Shown: in pieces, positions 28,065 to 36,910 of the stretch | Layout of the letters: each line of letters starts with the position of its first letter | How positions within the stretch are numbered: the first letter of the stretch is position 1 | Assembly (NCBI GenBank): GCA_021323695.1 | Contig: JAJPKN010000053.1 | Span: forward strand, 10,618 to 74,617 | Direction of reading: 5' to 3' | DNA: 64,000 nt | From: Actinomycetota bacterium | GTDB lineage: Bacteria > Actinomycetota > Acidimicrobiia > Acidimicrobiales > Palsa-688 | Notes under the pieces: model-generated | What the model was told of the DNA's origin: nothing | Seen by the model: only the letters and a program-made list of their open reading frames with translations | Databases searched by the model: none | Made by a program: the position numbers and the translations under genes

Positions 28065-29321
28065 CTAGGCGCTGCAGTCCACCAGGTCGCGCTGGGCCAG
28101 GGCAGCCGCGTGACGCACCAGCTGCCGGGCCGCCTTGGCCCAGGTGTAGCCGGCCGACCGCTCCAAGGCAGCCGACCCCAGGCACCTGGCCAGCGACAGG
28201 TCGTCCAGGACCTCGCCGAGGTAATGGGCGAAGCCGGCGACGTGGTCCGGCTCGACCAGGTAGCCAGTCCGGCCGTGGTCGACCAGGGTGGTCAGGCCCC
28301 CCACGGCCGAGGCCACCACCGGCCGGGCGCAGGCAGCCGCCTCCAGGGCCACCAGCCCGAACGACTCAGACCGGCTGGGCACCACACAGACGTCGGCGGC
28401 CCGGTAGTAGGTGGAGAGAAGCTCATGGGGCTGAGGGGGGACCAACCGGACCCGCTCATGAAGCCCTTGGTGCTGCACCCGCTGCTCCACCTCTGCCAGC
28501 TCTGCCGGGCCAAGAGGCCCGCTGGGCCCGCCTATGGCAACGAGGGTGGCCTGAGCCGACCGGCTCGTGCGGCCGCGCAGCCGGCCGACCGCTTCCACAG
28601 CCACAGGCAGGGCCTTCAAGGGCTGGATACGCCCGACGAACAGCACCACCGCGCCAGCCTCCGCCAGCCCCAGCGCCCGGCGGGCTTGGGCCTGGTTGCC
28701 GGGGCCGAAAAATGCCCGGTCGACCCCCGGCGGGAGGATCTCCACCCTGGCGGGGTCGGCACCGTAGAGGTCCACCAGTTGGCTGGCTTCGGCGCTGCAG
28801 GATGCCAGCACCAGGTCGGAGCAGGCTATAGCGGCTGCCTCCTCGGCAGCCCGTTTGGCTCGCCAGGCGGCGCTCTCCAAGCCGGCTGCCGCCTTGACCC
28901 GCTCGAGGGTGTGGAAGCTGCACACCAGGGGAAGGTCCATGGCGTGCTTCAAGGAGTGCCCGGCCATGGCTGACAGCCAGTAGTTGGCATGTAGCAGCTG
29001 GACGCCCTCGCCTTGCTCAGCTAGGCGGGCCAGGCTCCCAGCCACCCCTGCGGCCCAGGTTGCCACCAGGTCCACCAGGTCTTCCTTGTCGACGGGGCCA
29101 GCCGGGCCGGCGTCGATGTAATGGATCCTCAGGCCAGGCTCCACCCAGGCAGACGGTGGCTGGGCGGGCCTCGACCGGCGGGTGTAGATCTCTACCCGGG
29201 CGCCAGAGCGGGCCAGGGCCGTGGCCAGCTCCCGGACGTAAACGTTCATGCCGCCAGCGTCGGCCGTGCCGGGCTGGGCCAGCGGGGAGGTGTGCATCGA
29301 CAGGACGGCGAGCGCCGGCAT
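28065..29321 (-). CDS. mshA: D-inositol-3-phosphate glycosyltransferase (GT4, mycothiol biosynthesis)
   Basis: LSMHTSPLAQPGTADAGGMNVYVRELA N-terminal signature and GT4 C-terminal ESFGLVALEAAACARPVVA. Confidence 0.85.
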   Translation of the reverse strand: MPALAVLSMHTSPLAQPGTADAGGMNVYVRELATALARSGARVEIYTRRSRPAQPPSAWVEPGLRIHYIDAGPAGPVDKEDLVDLVATWAAGVAGSLARLAEQGEGVQLLHANYWLSAMAGHSLKHAMDLPLVCSFHTLERVKAAAGLESAAWRAKRAAEEAAAIACSDLVLASCSAEASQLVDLYGADPARVEILPPGVDRAFFGPGNQAQARRALGLAEAGAVVLFVGRIQPLKALPVAVEAVGRLRGRTSRSAQATLVAIGGPSGPLGPAELAEVEQRVQHQGLHERVRLVPPQPHELLSTYYRAADVCVVPSRSESFGLVALEAAACARPVVASAVGGLTTLVDHGRTGYLVEPDHVAGFAHYLGEVLDDLSLARCLGSAALERSAGYTWAKAARQLVRHAAALAQRDLVDCSA

Positions 29322-29378
29322 GGAGCCCGAGGCTACCGGCTAGCGGCTGGCCAGCGGTAGGGAGCCAGCCGCCGGGGC

Positions 29379-29918
29379 TCAGCCCAGGAGCGTGTCGACC
29401 GTGGCCTCGCCGCTGCGGTACCGCCGGACCAGCTCTTCTTGGATCCGGTCCAAGATGTCGTGGAGGGACCGGCGCTCGGTCGACACCTGCCGCTCCAGCT
29501 GGGTCAGGGCCTCGAGCACCTCGTCCAGCGCTTTGGCGGGCAGGCTGGGCAAAGAGGCCAACCGGTCAGAAGGCAGCAATGCTTCCACCCTGGCCGCCAG
29601 GTCGAGCTGGGCTTGCTCGGCGGGGGCGAGGAAGGCGGGCAGCCTCCCGGGCCCGGCGGAACGGTCATGCTCACCCAGGATCCGCGGCAGGCGCTCGACC
29701 AGTTCGTCCCGGCTGGAGCCGGCCTGGCCCAGCTGGCGCCGCTCGGACTCGTCCATGACCAAGTCAATGCGGGCTTGGACAAGCCGGCGGAGGTAGGACA
29801 GCTCCGTCTCGAGCTCCGCGCAGGCAGCTCGCTTGGAGCGCAGCTCGGGGAGGGGCAAGCCCTCCAGGTCCTCCAGGTAGGCGGGGGCAAGCACCTCTGC
29901 CAGGTCGCACTGCGCCAT
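29379..29918 (-). CDS. RsiG-like c-di-GMP-binding anti-sigma factor candidate
   Basis: 179 aa, predicted helical. Two ExxxSxxRxxx(Q/H)xxxD motifs (E37-D52 as ETELSYLRRLVQARID, E142-D157 as ERQVSTERRSLHDILD). C-terminal RRYRSGEATVDTLL. Confidence 0.6.
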   Translation of the reverse strand: MAQCDLAEVLAPAYLEDLEGLPLPELRSKRAACAELETELSYLRRLVQARIDLVMDESERRQLGQAGSSRDELVERLPRILGEHDRSAGPGRLPAFLAPAEQAQLDLAARVEALLPSDRLASLPSLPAKALDEVLEALTQLERQVSTERRSLHDILDRIQEELVRRYRSGEATVDTLLG

Positions 29919-29928
29919 CGCCGCGAGG

Positions 29929-30162
29929 CTAGCCCCCCGAGACCGGAGGCAGTACGGCCACCTCGTCGCCGGCGCGTACGATGTCGTCGGGTGCCGCCGG
30001 GGCGCCGTTCAGCCAGGTGCGGCTGGACTCGACCACCTGGCCCAACGCCGGCCCGTAGCTGGCAGCCAGCCTGGCCAGGAGCTCGGCCACACTGGCACCG
30101 GCGCAGTCCAAGGTGACCCGCCCCGTGCCGGCAGCTTCGCGCGCCCCCGCGAACAGCACCAC
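29929..30162 (-). CDS. moaD: MoaD/ThiS-family sulfur carrier protein
   Basis: About 77 aa from GTG 30162. VVLFAGAREAAG... ends GDEVAVLPPVSGG (C-terminal Gly-Gly). The upstream part of the 162-aa track ORF looks non-coding. Confidence 0.65.
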   Translation of the reverse strand: MVLFAGAREAAGTGRVTLDCAGASVAELLARLAASYGPALGQVVESSRTWLNGAPAAPDDIVRAGDEVAVLPPVSGG

Positions 30163-30390
30163 CGATACCCCCCTATTGCCCCGGTCCGCGCCCGCGCCTT
30201 CCACGCCTGCCAGGATAATGCCGAAGTGGCCGGGCACCCTCTGCCGCACGGCCGCCCGCCGCCTGGCGCCGAGCCGGCCCCCGCCTGCCCCCGCCGAGCC
30301 TGCACAGCTCTGCCGCCCGCCGCCCGCCTCCGCCCCCTCCGCCAGCCGTGCCCGGATGGCGGCTCCTCCCGTCTGCGAAGATCGTCTTTG

Positions 30391-31020
30391 ATGGCCCACC
30401 TTTTGCTCCTCCGCCACGCACAGTCTGCTTGGAACGCCGCCGGCCGCTGGCAGGGTTGGTCCGACGCCCCTCTGTCCGAACTGGGGGTTGAACAGGCACG
30501 CAGGGTGGGCCGGGACCTAGCTTCGAGCGGGTTCACGCCCTCGTCAGTGGGCTGTTCGGACCTGGCGCGGGCTTACCAGACAGCCCGGCTGCTGGCCCTC
30601 GGTTGTGGTTACCGGGGCCCGATCAGCCTCGACCCCGCGCTGCGCGAGCAGGGCCTCGGCCAGTGGGAAGGCCTGACCAACGAAGAGATAGCAGCCCGCT
30701 GGCCCGGCCAGCTCGAAAGCCGGGGCTCAGGCCAGCCGGCCGAGGTGCCCGGTGGCGAGGCCAACGCCACCTTCGCTCGGCGCGCCCTGGCGGCGGTAGG
30801 GAGGGCTGCTGGCCGCTGCCTCAGCCAAGACGGGCTGGTGGTCACCCACGGAGGGGTGGTAATGGCCGTAGAACGCGAGCTTGGCGTCTGGGGCCCCGAC
30901 CGGCGCCACCCCAACCTGGCCGGGTGGTGGCTGGAGGTCAAAGGAACGGCCGCCAGGCCCGTCCTCGTGCCCTTGGAGCGGGTCGAGCTCCTGGTCTCGC
31001 CCCTGGTGGTGGCCTCATGA
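30391..31020 (+). CDS. histidine phosphatase family protein (phosphoglycerate mutase-like)
   Basis: MAHLLLLRHAQSAWNAAGRWQGWSDAPLSELG. ATG at 30391 lies within track ORF 30226..31020. Confidence 0.8.
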   Translation: MAHLLLLRHAQSAWNAAGRWQGWSDAPLSELGVEQARRVGRDLASSGFTPSSVGCSDLARAYQTARLLALGCGYRGPISLDPALREQGLGQWEGLTNEEIAARWPGQLESRGSGQPAEVPGGEANATFARRALAAVGRAAGRCLSQDGLVVTHGGVVMAVERELGVWGPDRRHPNLAGWWLEVKGTAARPVLVPLERVELLVSPLVVAS

Positions 31021-32423
31021 GAGGCCGGCCGTCCCCTGGCCGGCGGGCCAGCCCGGTCGCGCCGGGCGCGTCCGGCCTGAGCAGAGGGCGGCGGGCGGAG
31101 CACCTGCCCGGGGTGGCCCGACGTGCCAGCGTGGCGACCGGCCCACTGTACCCGGGGGGCAGGCCGGTCGTAACTGCCCGGCTGGACGGCAGGGCCCTGG
31201 ACGCTGGTGCGGCGGGTGCCCTGAGCCAGGCCGCCCAGCTCGCCTACGAGCGGCGGCTGGCCCTGGTGGCCATTGTGGCCGCTCCGGGGTTGGACCTGGC
31301 CGAAGGGGCCGGTGCCCTCGATGCCTGGGGCGCAGCGGCCCGGGCCTGGGCCAGGTGCTCGGGCGTCGTCCCCGTGGTCGGGGTCGTCCACGGCCCGGTG
31401 CTGTCCGGCCCAGCCTTGTTGCTGGGCTTGGCCGATGCCGTGGTCATGACCAGGGCCGCCTTGGCCTACGTTTCTGGCCCGGCCGCGGTGGCAGAGGTCA
31501 CCGGCCTGTCCGTGAAGCCCACCGAACTGGGGGGCGCCCAGGTCCACGCCTCCCGGTCGGGCCTGGCGTCGCTCATCTGCCGCGACACGGACGAAGCCTT
31601 GAGCACCACTGCCTATTTCTTAGATTTCCTCCCCTCCCACGCCGATGAACTGGCTCCGGTGCGGCCCTGTGCCGACCCCGCGGCCCGCCCTACGCCCGAA
31701 CTGCGCTCGCTTGTCCCGTCGAGCCCAACCGGCAGCTATGACGTCCGGCGGGTGATCGAGGCCATTGCCGACGAGGGGGAGCTGCTGGAGCTACGGCCCG
31801 ACTGGGCCCCCCAGTTGGTGACCGCCCTGGCCCGGGTGGAGGGCCAGCCAGTGGGCGTCCTGGCCAACCAGCCGCAGTCGATGGCCGGCACCTTGGACAT
31901 CGCCGCCTCTCAAAAAGGGGCTCGGTTCGTGGCTTTCTGCGACTCGTTCAACCTGCCGCTCCTCACGCTGGTGGACACCCCCGGCTTCATGCCGGGCCGG
32001 GACCTCGAATGGCGAGGGATGATCCGCCACGGCGCCGAGCTGGTCTTCGCGTACGCCGAGGCGACCGTCCCGCGGGTGTGCCTGGTGCTGCGAAAGGCGT
32101 ACGGGGGCGCCTACATCGTCATGGACTCCAAAGCCATGGGCAACGACCTGTGCCTGGCCTGGCCGAGCGCCGAGCTGGCGGTCATGGGGGCTGAGGGAGC
32201 CGTGAGCGTGGTCCACCGGAGGGCCAGCCCGGAGGAAAAGGCCGTGCTCATCGAGCAGTACCGCCAACAGTTCCTGAACCCCTACGTAGCGGCTGAGCGC
32301 GGCTACGTGGACATGGTGATCGACCCGGCCGAGACCCGCCACGCGGTGGCTCGCTGCTTTTCCGCCCTGGCCACCAAGCGTGAACGCCTTGTGGTGAGGA
32401 AGCACGGCAACAGCCCATTGTGA
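31017..32423 (+). CDS. acyl-CoA carboxylase carboxyltransferase (beta) family protein with an atypical N-terminal half
   Basis: C-terminal half is strongly conserved (AGTLDIAASQKGARFVAFCDSFNLPLLTLVDTPGFMPGRDLEWRGMIRHGAELVFAY...LRKAYGGAYIVM). ATG at 31017 overlaps the phosphatase stop (ATGA). Confidence 0.8.
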   Translation: MRGRPSPGRRASPVAPGASGLSRGRRAEHLPGVARRASVATGPLYPGGRPVVTARLDGRALDAGAAGALSQAAQLAYERRLALVAIVAAPGLDLAEGAGALDAWGAAARAWARCSGVVPVVGVVHGPVLSGPALLLGLADAVVMTRAALAYVSGPAAVAEVTGLSVKPTELGGAQVHASRSGLASLICRDTDEALSTTAYFLDFLPSHADELAPVRPCADPAARPTPELRSLVPSSPTGSYDVRRVIEAIADEGELLELRPDWAPQLVTALARVEGQPVGVLANQPQSMAGTLDIAASQKGARFVAFCDSFNLPLLTLVDTPGFMPGRDLEWRGMIRHGAELVFAYAEATVPRVCLVLRKAYGGAYIVMDSKAMGNDLCLAWPSAELAVMGAEGAVSVVHRRASPEEKAVLIEQYRQQFLNPYVAAERGYVDMVIDPAETRHAVARCFSALATKRERLVVRKHGNSPL

Positions 32424-32515
32424 ACGCCGGGTAGCGTGCTACTGCAATGGGGTGCTGCCAGGCACCGCTGGCCCGGTTTGTGGCCCCAGCTGGCCGGAGC
32501 CAGCCCTGTCGTCGT

Positions 32516-33379
32516 TCAGCCGTCGCTCCGTGGCTCGATGGCGCCGGTGATGTAACCGACGAGCATTTCTCCGCTCACCTCGGAGACCGGCACAGTGACG
32601 ATCGTACGTCCGGCGCGCATCACGGTCACGTGGTCGCAGACCTGCATGACCTCCTGCATGTTGTGACTTATCAGCACCACGCCGACACCACGGTCTCGAA
32701 GACGACGGATGAGGTCATGGACATGACGGGTCTGCTCTACTCCCAATGCTGCAGATGGCTCGTCCATCAGGACCACTTTTTGGCCCCATACAACCGCACG
32801 TCCTACGGCGATCCCCTGACGTTGCCCGCCTGACAGTTGTTCCACGGGGTCGGCAACTGATGCTCCCCGGAGGTCCACGCCTACCTCCCTGAGCACCCTT
32901 GCTGCCTCTTGTCGCATTTGCCTGGTGCGCAGGAACCCGAGCCAGCTGAACGGTCTCGGCCCTAGCACTGGTTCCCGGCCAAGGAACAAGTTGGTGGCGA
33001 TGTCAAGGCTGTCAACGAGGGCCAGGTTCTGGTAGACGACCTCGATGCCGCGCGCTCGTGCCACTTCTGGGGACCGGGCACGCAGCACCTCGCCGGCGAC
33101 GCGGACGGTCCCACGGTCGGGGTGAAGCCGGCCGCTCACGCACTTCACGAGGGTGGACTTCCCGGCCCCGTTGTCGCCGACCAAGCCGAGGACCTGCCCC
33201 GGCCACACCGTCAGGTTGGCTTCTTCGAGGGCCCGGACGGCGCCGAACGACTTGGAGAGGCCTTCAGCCTCCAGTGCGGGCACAGCCTGGCTTGGGGCAG
33301 TCGCGGTGGCGGCTGGATTTGCCGTCCTTGCTGGGGCGCTAGGTGGCCCGGCTGCCGGCTGGGCTGACGCTTCGCTCAT
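32516..33379 (-). CDS. sugar ABC transporter ATP-binding protein (single NBD)
   Basis: Walker A GDNGAGKST, signature LSGGQRQ, Walker B VVLMDEPSAAL. Confidence 0.9.
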   Translation of the reverse strand: MSEASAQPAAGPPSAPARTANPAATATAPSQAVPALEAEGLSKSFGAVRALEEANLTVWPGQVLGLVGDNGAGKSTLVKCVSGRLHPDRGTVRVAGEVLRARSPEVARARGIEVVYQNLALVDSLDIATNLFLGREPVLGPRPFSWLGFLRTRQMRQEAARVLREVGVDLRGASVADPVEQLSGGQRQGIAVGRAVVWGQKVVLMDEPSAALGVEQTRHVHDLIRRLRDRGVGVVLISHNMQEVMQVCDHVTVMRAGRTIVTVPVSEVSGEMLVGYITGAIEPRSDG

Positions 33380-34371
33380 TCGGGACGCTCTCGCAACCCG
33401 ACGGCGACAGCCACGACCACCACCACTCCCTCGGCGATCAACTGGTCGGGCACCCCCAAGCCCATGAGGATAAGCCCCTCTTGGAGCATGCCGAGGAGAA
33501 GAGCGCCAACCAGGGCACCCGGGACCGAGGCTTTCCCGCCGAACAAGCTTGTCCCCCCGATGATCGCGGCGGCTATGACGGTGAGCAGGTCGGTGCTGCC
33601 GAGCGTGTACGCCGCACCCTGCAGCCGGCCGGCGTAGAGGAGGCCAGCCAGGGCGGCACTGACGGCGCTGATCACCAGTGCGGACACGCGTACGCTACGT
33701 ACCCGGATCCCGGTGGAGACCGCGGCTTCCCGTCCGCCCCCGACGGCGAGGACATGGCGGCCGTAGCGGGTCCGCCGTAAGACAACTTGAGCTACCACCA
33801 GCACGGCACCAACCCAGACGAACAGGCTCGGCACCGGCCCGAGCGAGCCCGAACCGAACACTCCGTTGAAGGCATTGTTGGTGACCGCTACTGACTGCAG
33901 GTTGGTCAGGGCTTCGGCGATCCCGGCCAGGACGCTCATCATCCCGAGGGTGATGAGGAACGACGGCACTCGCAGGAGCACGGTCAGTAGCCCGTTGACG
34001 AGGCCAACCCCGAGGCCGATCGCCAGGCCAACGAGGACGCCGGCCCAAGCTGGTTGTTGCTCTAGGACGAGCGCTGTGGTCAGGGCGACGACAGCGACGG
34101 TGGAGCCGATCGAAAGGTCGATCTCGCCTGCGCCAAGCGTGAAAGCGTACCCCATTGCCATGATGGCGATGGAGGCGTTCTGCTCGACAATAGATTCCAG
34201 GTTGCTCCCGCTGGCAAACCCATGTGAGCGCAGCACGATGGCGAACACGACGAAGATCAGCGCGAAACCTGCGTATGGGATCAGTGCCCGGGCACCGCGC
34301 CCGAGCCGCGCCCTACGCGCGGCTCGGGCGTCGGCGCTCTGAGAGGTCCCTGTACCGGTGAGGACGCTCAT
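33376..34371 (-). CDS. ABC transporter permease (ribose/xylose RbsC type)
   Basis: 331-aa polytopic protein with AGEIDLSIGSTVAV and TSLFGGKASVPGALVGALLLG. 4-nt overlap with the ATPase gene. Confidence 0.9.
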   Translation of the reverse strand: MSVLTGTGTSQSADARAARRARLGRGARALIPYAGFALIFVVFAIVLRSHGFASGSNLESIVEQNASIAIMAMGYAFTLGAGEIDLSIGSTVAVVALTTALVLEQQPAWAGVLVGLAIGLGVGLVNGLLTVLLRVPSFLITLGMMSVLAGIAEALTNLQSVAVTNNAFNGVFGSGSLGPVPSLFVWVGAVLVVAQVVLRRTRYGRHVLAVGGGREAAVSTGIRVRSVRVSALVISAVSAALAGLLYAGRLQGAAYTLGSTDLLTVIAAAIIGGTSLFGGKASVPGALVGALLLGMLQEGLILMGLGVPDQLIAEGVVVVVAVAVGLRERPE

Positions 34372-34425
34372 CAGGTCGGGCTCCCTGAGCTGGGCCCGCT
34401 CATGTGCCCATCGTACTTGTCATGT

Positions 34426-35613
34426 TCAGCGACAGGCCGATGCAATGTTGGCTGGCGGAGCCTGGTTGAGCGTTGCCTTCCAGGCCTGGAGGATGTTCTC
34501 CCTGGTAACTGCCAGGGCCTTCACGACAGCGAAGCGCGGGACGGACTTGCCGAGGATGGCCAGCCCAGCCTCCTTGGCCATCGTCTGGCCGAGGAGGTAG
34601 GGCTGGTCGGCAACGATCCCGGCAAGGTAGTGGTTCTGGCAGAGGTTGGCGTCTATGGAGGGGTCGAGGTCCATGGTGACGACTCTCACACCCGTCCGGT
34701 TGCCGAAACTGCGCAGCGCAGCGAGCACGCTCTCTGCTGGGGGTGCTGACCACGGGACATAGATGCCCTGGATGTCGGGGTAGCGGGTCAGCATAGCAGA
34801 GGCGACTGTCTGTGCCTTGTTCGGGTCCGGCATGGCCACTTGGGCGACGATGTGGATCTTGGGGTACAGGAGGTGGAGGTAGGTCCGGAAGGCTGCGTCG
34901 CGCTCATTGGTCACGTAGTAGTTAGCGTCGTAGTACATGAACCCCACATTGCCCTGGCCATGCATGGCCTGGCCGAGCAGCTCCGCTGCCTGCTTGCCCA
35001 TATTGGCCAGGTCATCGGTGACCATCCCGCTGTACTGCTTTGGGTAGCTCAGGCCTTGGGGGACGTTGCTGAGCAAGATGAGCTTGCTCCCCTTTGCGCT
35101 CACTTGCCGGTAAGCAGAAGCTTCTGTCACCGGGTCCACAGGGAGGCTGAGGATGGCGCTGGGGCGCAGCGCCTCTATGGTTTGCAGTTGGTCCACTTGG
35201 GTGGCGGCGTTGAAGTTGGCCTGGGTTGTCGCCACTACTTTGATGCCGAGCAACTTGAACTCCGCCTCCGCCCCTTGGGTCACCCCGGTAGCGAACGTGG
35301 ATGCCTGGTGCCAAGCCATGGCGGCTGTGAAATGGCCTTTCCTCAGTGCTGCCACTTCGCTGGGGGTGATGGTGACGGATGTGGCAGGTACTGCCTTTTC
35401 ATGGTTGGGCCCCACTGTCTGTGTCACTGGCCCGCTGCCGGCGGCGCCGATCGACGGCCCGTAGGATGGCGCGGCAGCTGCTATGCCTGCAGAGGCAATG
35501 ATGAGGCCTGCGGTGCCGGCCACGAGCACTGCCCTAGAGCCTGCGCGGCCGGCCCATTTGTTACGGCCTCTCCAACCGACGAGTAGGGGAGCGCCTGTTG
35601 CGGTTCTTTTCAT
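34426..35613 (-). CDS. sugar ABC transporter substrate-binding protein (periplasmic-binding-protein type I)
   Basis: ATG at 35613 is preceded by a GAGGAGGAC Shine-Dalgarno. Signal/anchor segment AVLVAGTAGLIIASAGIAAAA. Track ORF extends to 35757. Confidence 0.85.
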   Translation of the reverse strand: MKRTATGAPLLVGWRGRNKWAGRAGSRAVLVAGTAGLIIASAGIAAAAPSYGPSIGAAGSGPVTQTVGPNHEKAVPATSVTITPSEVAALRKGHFTAAMAWHQASTFATGVTQGAEAEFKLLGIKVVATTQANFNAATQVDQLQTIEALRPSAILSLPVDPVTEASAYRQVSAKGSKLILLSNVPQGLSYPKQYSGMVTDDLANMGKQAAELLGQAMHGQGNVGFMYYDANYYVTNERDAAFRTYLHLLYPKIHIVAQVAMPDPNKAQTVASAMLTRYPDIQGIYVPWSAPPAESVLAALRSFGNRTGVRVVTMDLDPSIDANLCQNHYLAGIVADQPYLLGQTMAKEAGLAILGKSVPRFAVVKALAVTRENILQAWKATLNQAPPANIASACR

Positions 35614-36908
35614 TAGTTGTCCTCCTCTGTTGGTGATTGTTGCAAAGGCGGTGTTGTTCCCGGGCGCGCTGTAACGCGCGTCGCCAGGAAGGTGCCGATG
35701 GTGGCGGTCGCCCGGCGCAGGTCCGCGAGCGGGACGTGCTCCAGTGGCGTGTGGCACACGGCGATGTCGCCCGGGCCAAAGTAAACGCCGCGGATGCCTA
35801 TCGCTGCCAGAAGAGGCAGCTCGGACCAGTACGGTGCCCCCCCAATTGCCGAGCGCCCTGCCAGGGTTGCACAGGCATGCAGGAGCCTGACGTCGGGAGC
35901 CTCCGGGTCGGTCTCGACTGGGGTACCACCTAGCGTGTGGTCGCGAGGGGCGAGGTAAGAGGCTTCGCAGACGATACCGCGGTCAAGTGCCAGGCGCTGG
36001 AGGATCTCTTCGAGCTCCAAGCGAGCCGCGTCCAAGGTCTCACCAGGGGGGACCGTACGGATGAGGTCGACCTCGCAGTGCTCTGGGACAGCTACAGCTT
36101 CGCCACCACGGATACCTGTGACGACAAGCAGCGGCCGGCCGACGCTCGGGTGGCGCCCGCGTCCCCAGATAGCAGCCTCGTGTTCCTCCAGGGCCTCCAG
36201 CACCCGGGTAGCGTCGCGGATGGCGCTGCGGCCCTGCCAAGGGTAAGCGAAATAGCTGGCCCGCCCGCGTACCGTGATCGTTGCAATGAAGAAGCCGGGC
36301 TGGGCAGTGTACACGTCGAGCGAGGTGGGCTCGACGTAGATGGCAAAATCAGGGTTACCCAACCGGCCCGACGTAAGTTCTTCCACCAGCGCTTTGGTGC
36401 CCGCGCTGAGGCCCGTCCCAGGTTGCCCGCTTTCTTCGTCGCCGACAAAGGCTAGGACAACGTCACCGGCAGGGCGTAGGTGCAGCTCGCGCAGGGCCGC
36501 TAGCGCAGCGCAAATCGCGGCGATACCGCCTTTGTCATCGGCGCTACCTATCCCCCAGAGCGACTCGCCCAGGACCGTCGCCCCCCAGGCGTCCGATCGG
36601 GGGTCGTTCCCCCAGGCACCGGGCCAACCTATTACACCGACTGTGTCAGTGTGGCCGACGAGCAAGGTCGTAGGGCCCTCACCCGCGCCCTGCAGGCGCC
36701 CGTAGACGTTCGTCCGGCCCGGGGCAAACTCGGCCACGCGCGCCTCCACGCCGGCAGAGCCAAGCAAGTCGGCCAGCAATGGGGCCAAGTTCGCTTCCTT
36801 GCCGGTGACGGTGCCGACCTTCACGAGTTCGCGGGCTACGTCGACCGCTCCAGCGGCCGCGCTGGTGGTGGCCACCTGTTCGTAACGCAGGCGCAAGGTC
36901 CCGTTCAT
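35613..36908 (-). CDS. M20 family metallohydrolase (ArgE/DapE/amidohydrolase-like)
   Basis: LLVGHTDTVGV, GIGSADDKGGIAAI, FVGDEESG metal-ligand motifs. TAATG 1-nt overlap with the SBP start. Confidence 0.85.
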   Translation of the reverse strand: MNGTLRLRYEQVATTSAAAGAVDVARELVKVGTVTGKEANLAPLLADLLGSAGVEARVAEFAPGRTNVYGRLQGAGEGPTTLLVGHTDTVGVIGWPGAWGNDPRSDAWGATVLGESLWGIGSADDKGGIAAICAALAALRELHLRPAGDVVLAFVGDEESGQPGTGLSAGTKALVEELTSGRLGNPDFAIYVEPTSLDVYTAQPGFFIATITVRGRASYFAYPWQGRSAIRDATRVLEALEEHEAAIWGRGRHPSVGRPLLVVTGIRGGEAVAVPEHCEVDLIRTVPPGETLDAARLELEEILQRLALDRGIVCEASYLAPRDHTLGGTPVETDPEAPDVRLLHACATLAGRSAIGGAPYWSELPLLAAIGIRGVYFGPGDIAVCHTPLEHVPLADLRRATATIGTFLATRVTARPGTTPPLQQSPTEEDN

Positions 36909-36910
36909 TG

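Noticed and set aside
27207-28973. Long ORFs antisense to or out of frame with real genes. Examples: 27207..28973 +, 3666..4859 +, 15196..15948 -, 43244..45016 +, 51988..53022 +, 57291..58565 -, and the 5' part of 59589..61991 +
   Set aside because: Their composition is Arg/Gly/Pro/Ala-dominated, they carry no motifs, and each fully overlaps a gene with clear family signatures. These are the expected stop-codon-poor frames of GC-rich DNA.
30241-30350. Strong C-richness on the plus strand (repeated GCCGCCCGCCGCC) as a G-quadruplex or i-motif element in the moaD/phosphatase divergent region
   Set aside because: Only three closely spaced runs of three or more G occur on the minus strand, and the fourth is about 23 nt away. 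Such skewed stretches are common in GC-rich intergenic DNA, so the evidence is too weak.
30163-30417. N-terminal 85 codons of the 162-aa ORF containing the MoaD-like sequence
   Set aside because: The sequence is Gly/Ala/Arg-rich and non-homologous, and it overlaps the start of the divergent phosphatase gene. The conserved MoaD fold begins at the GTG at 30162.
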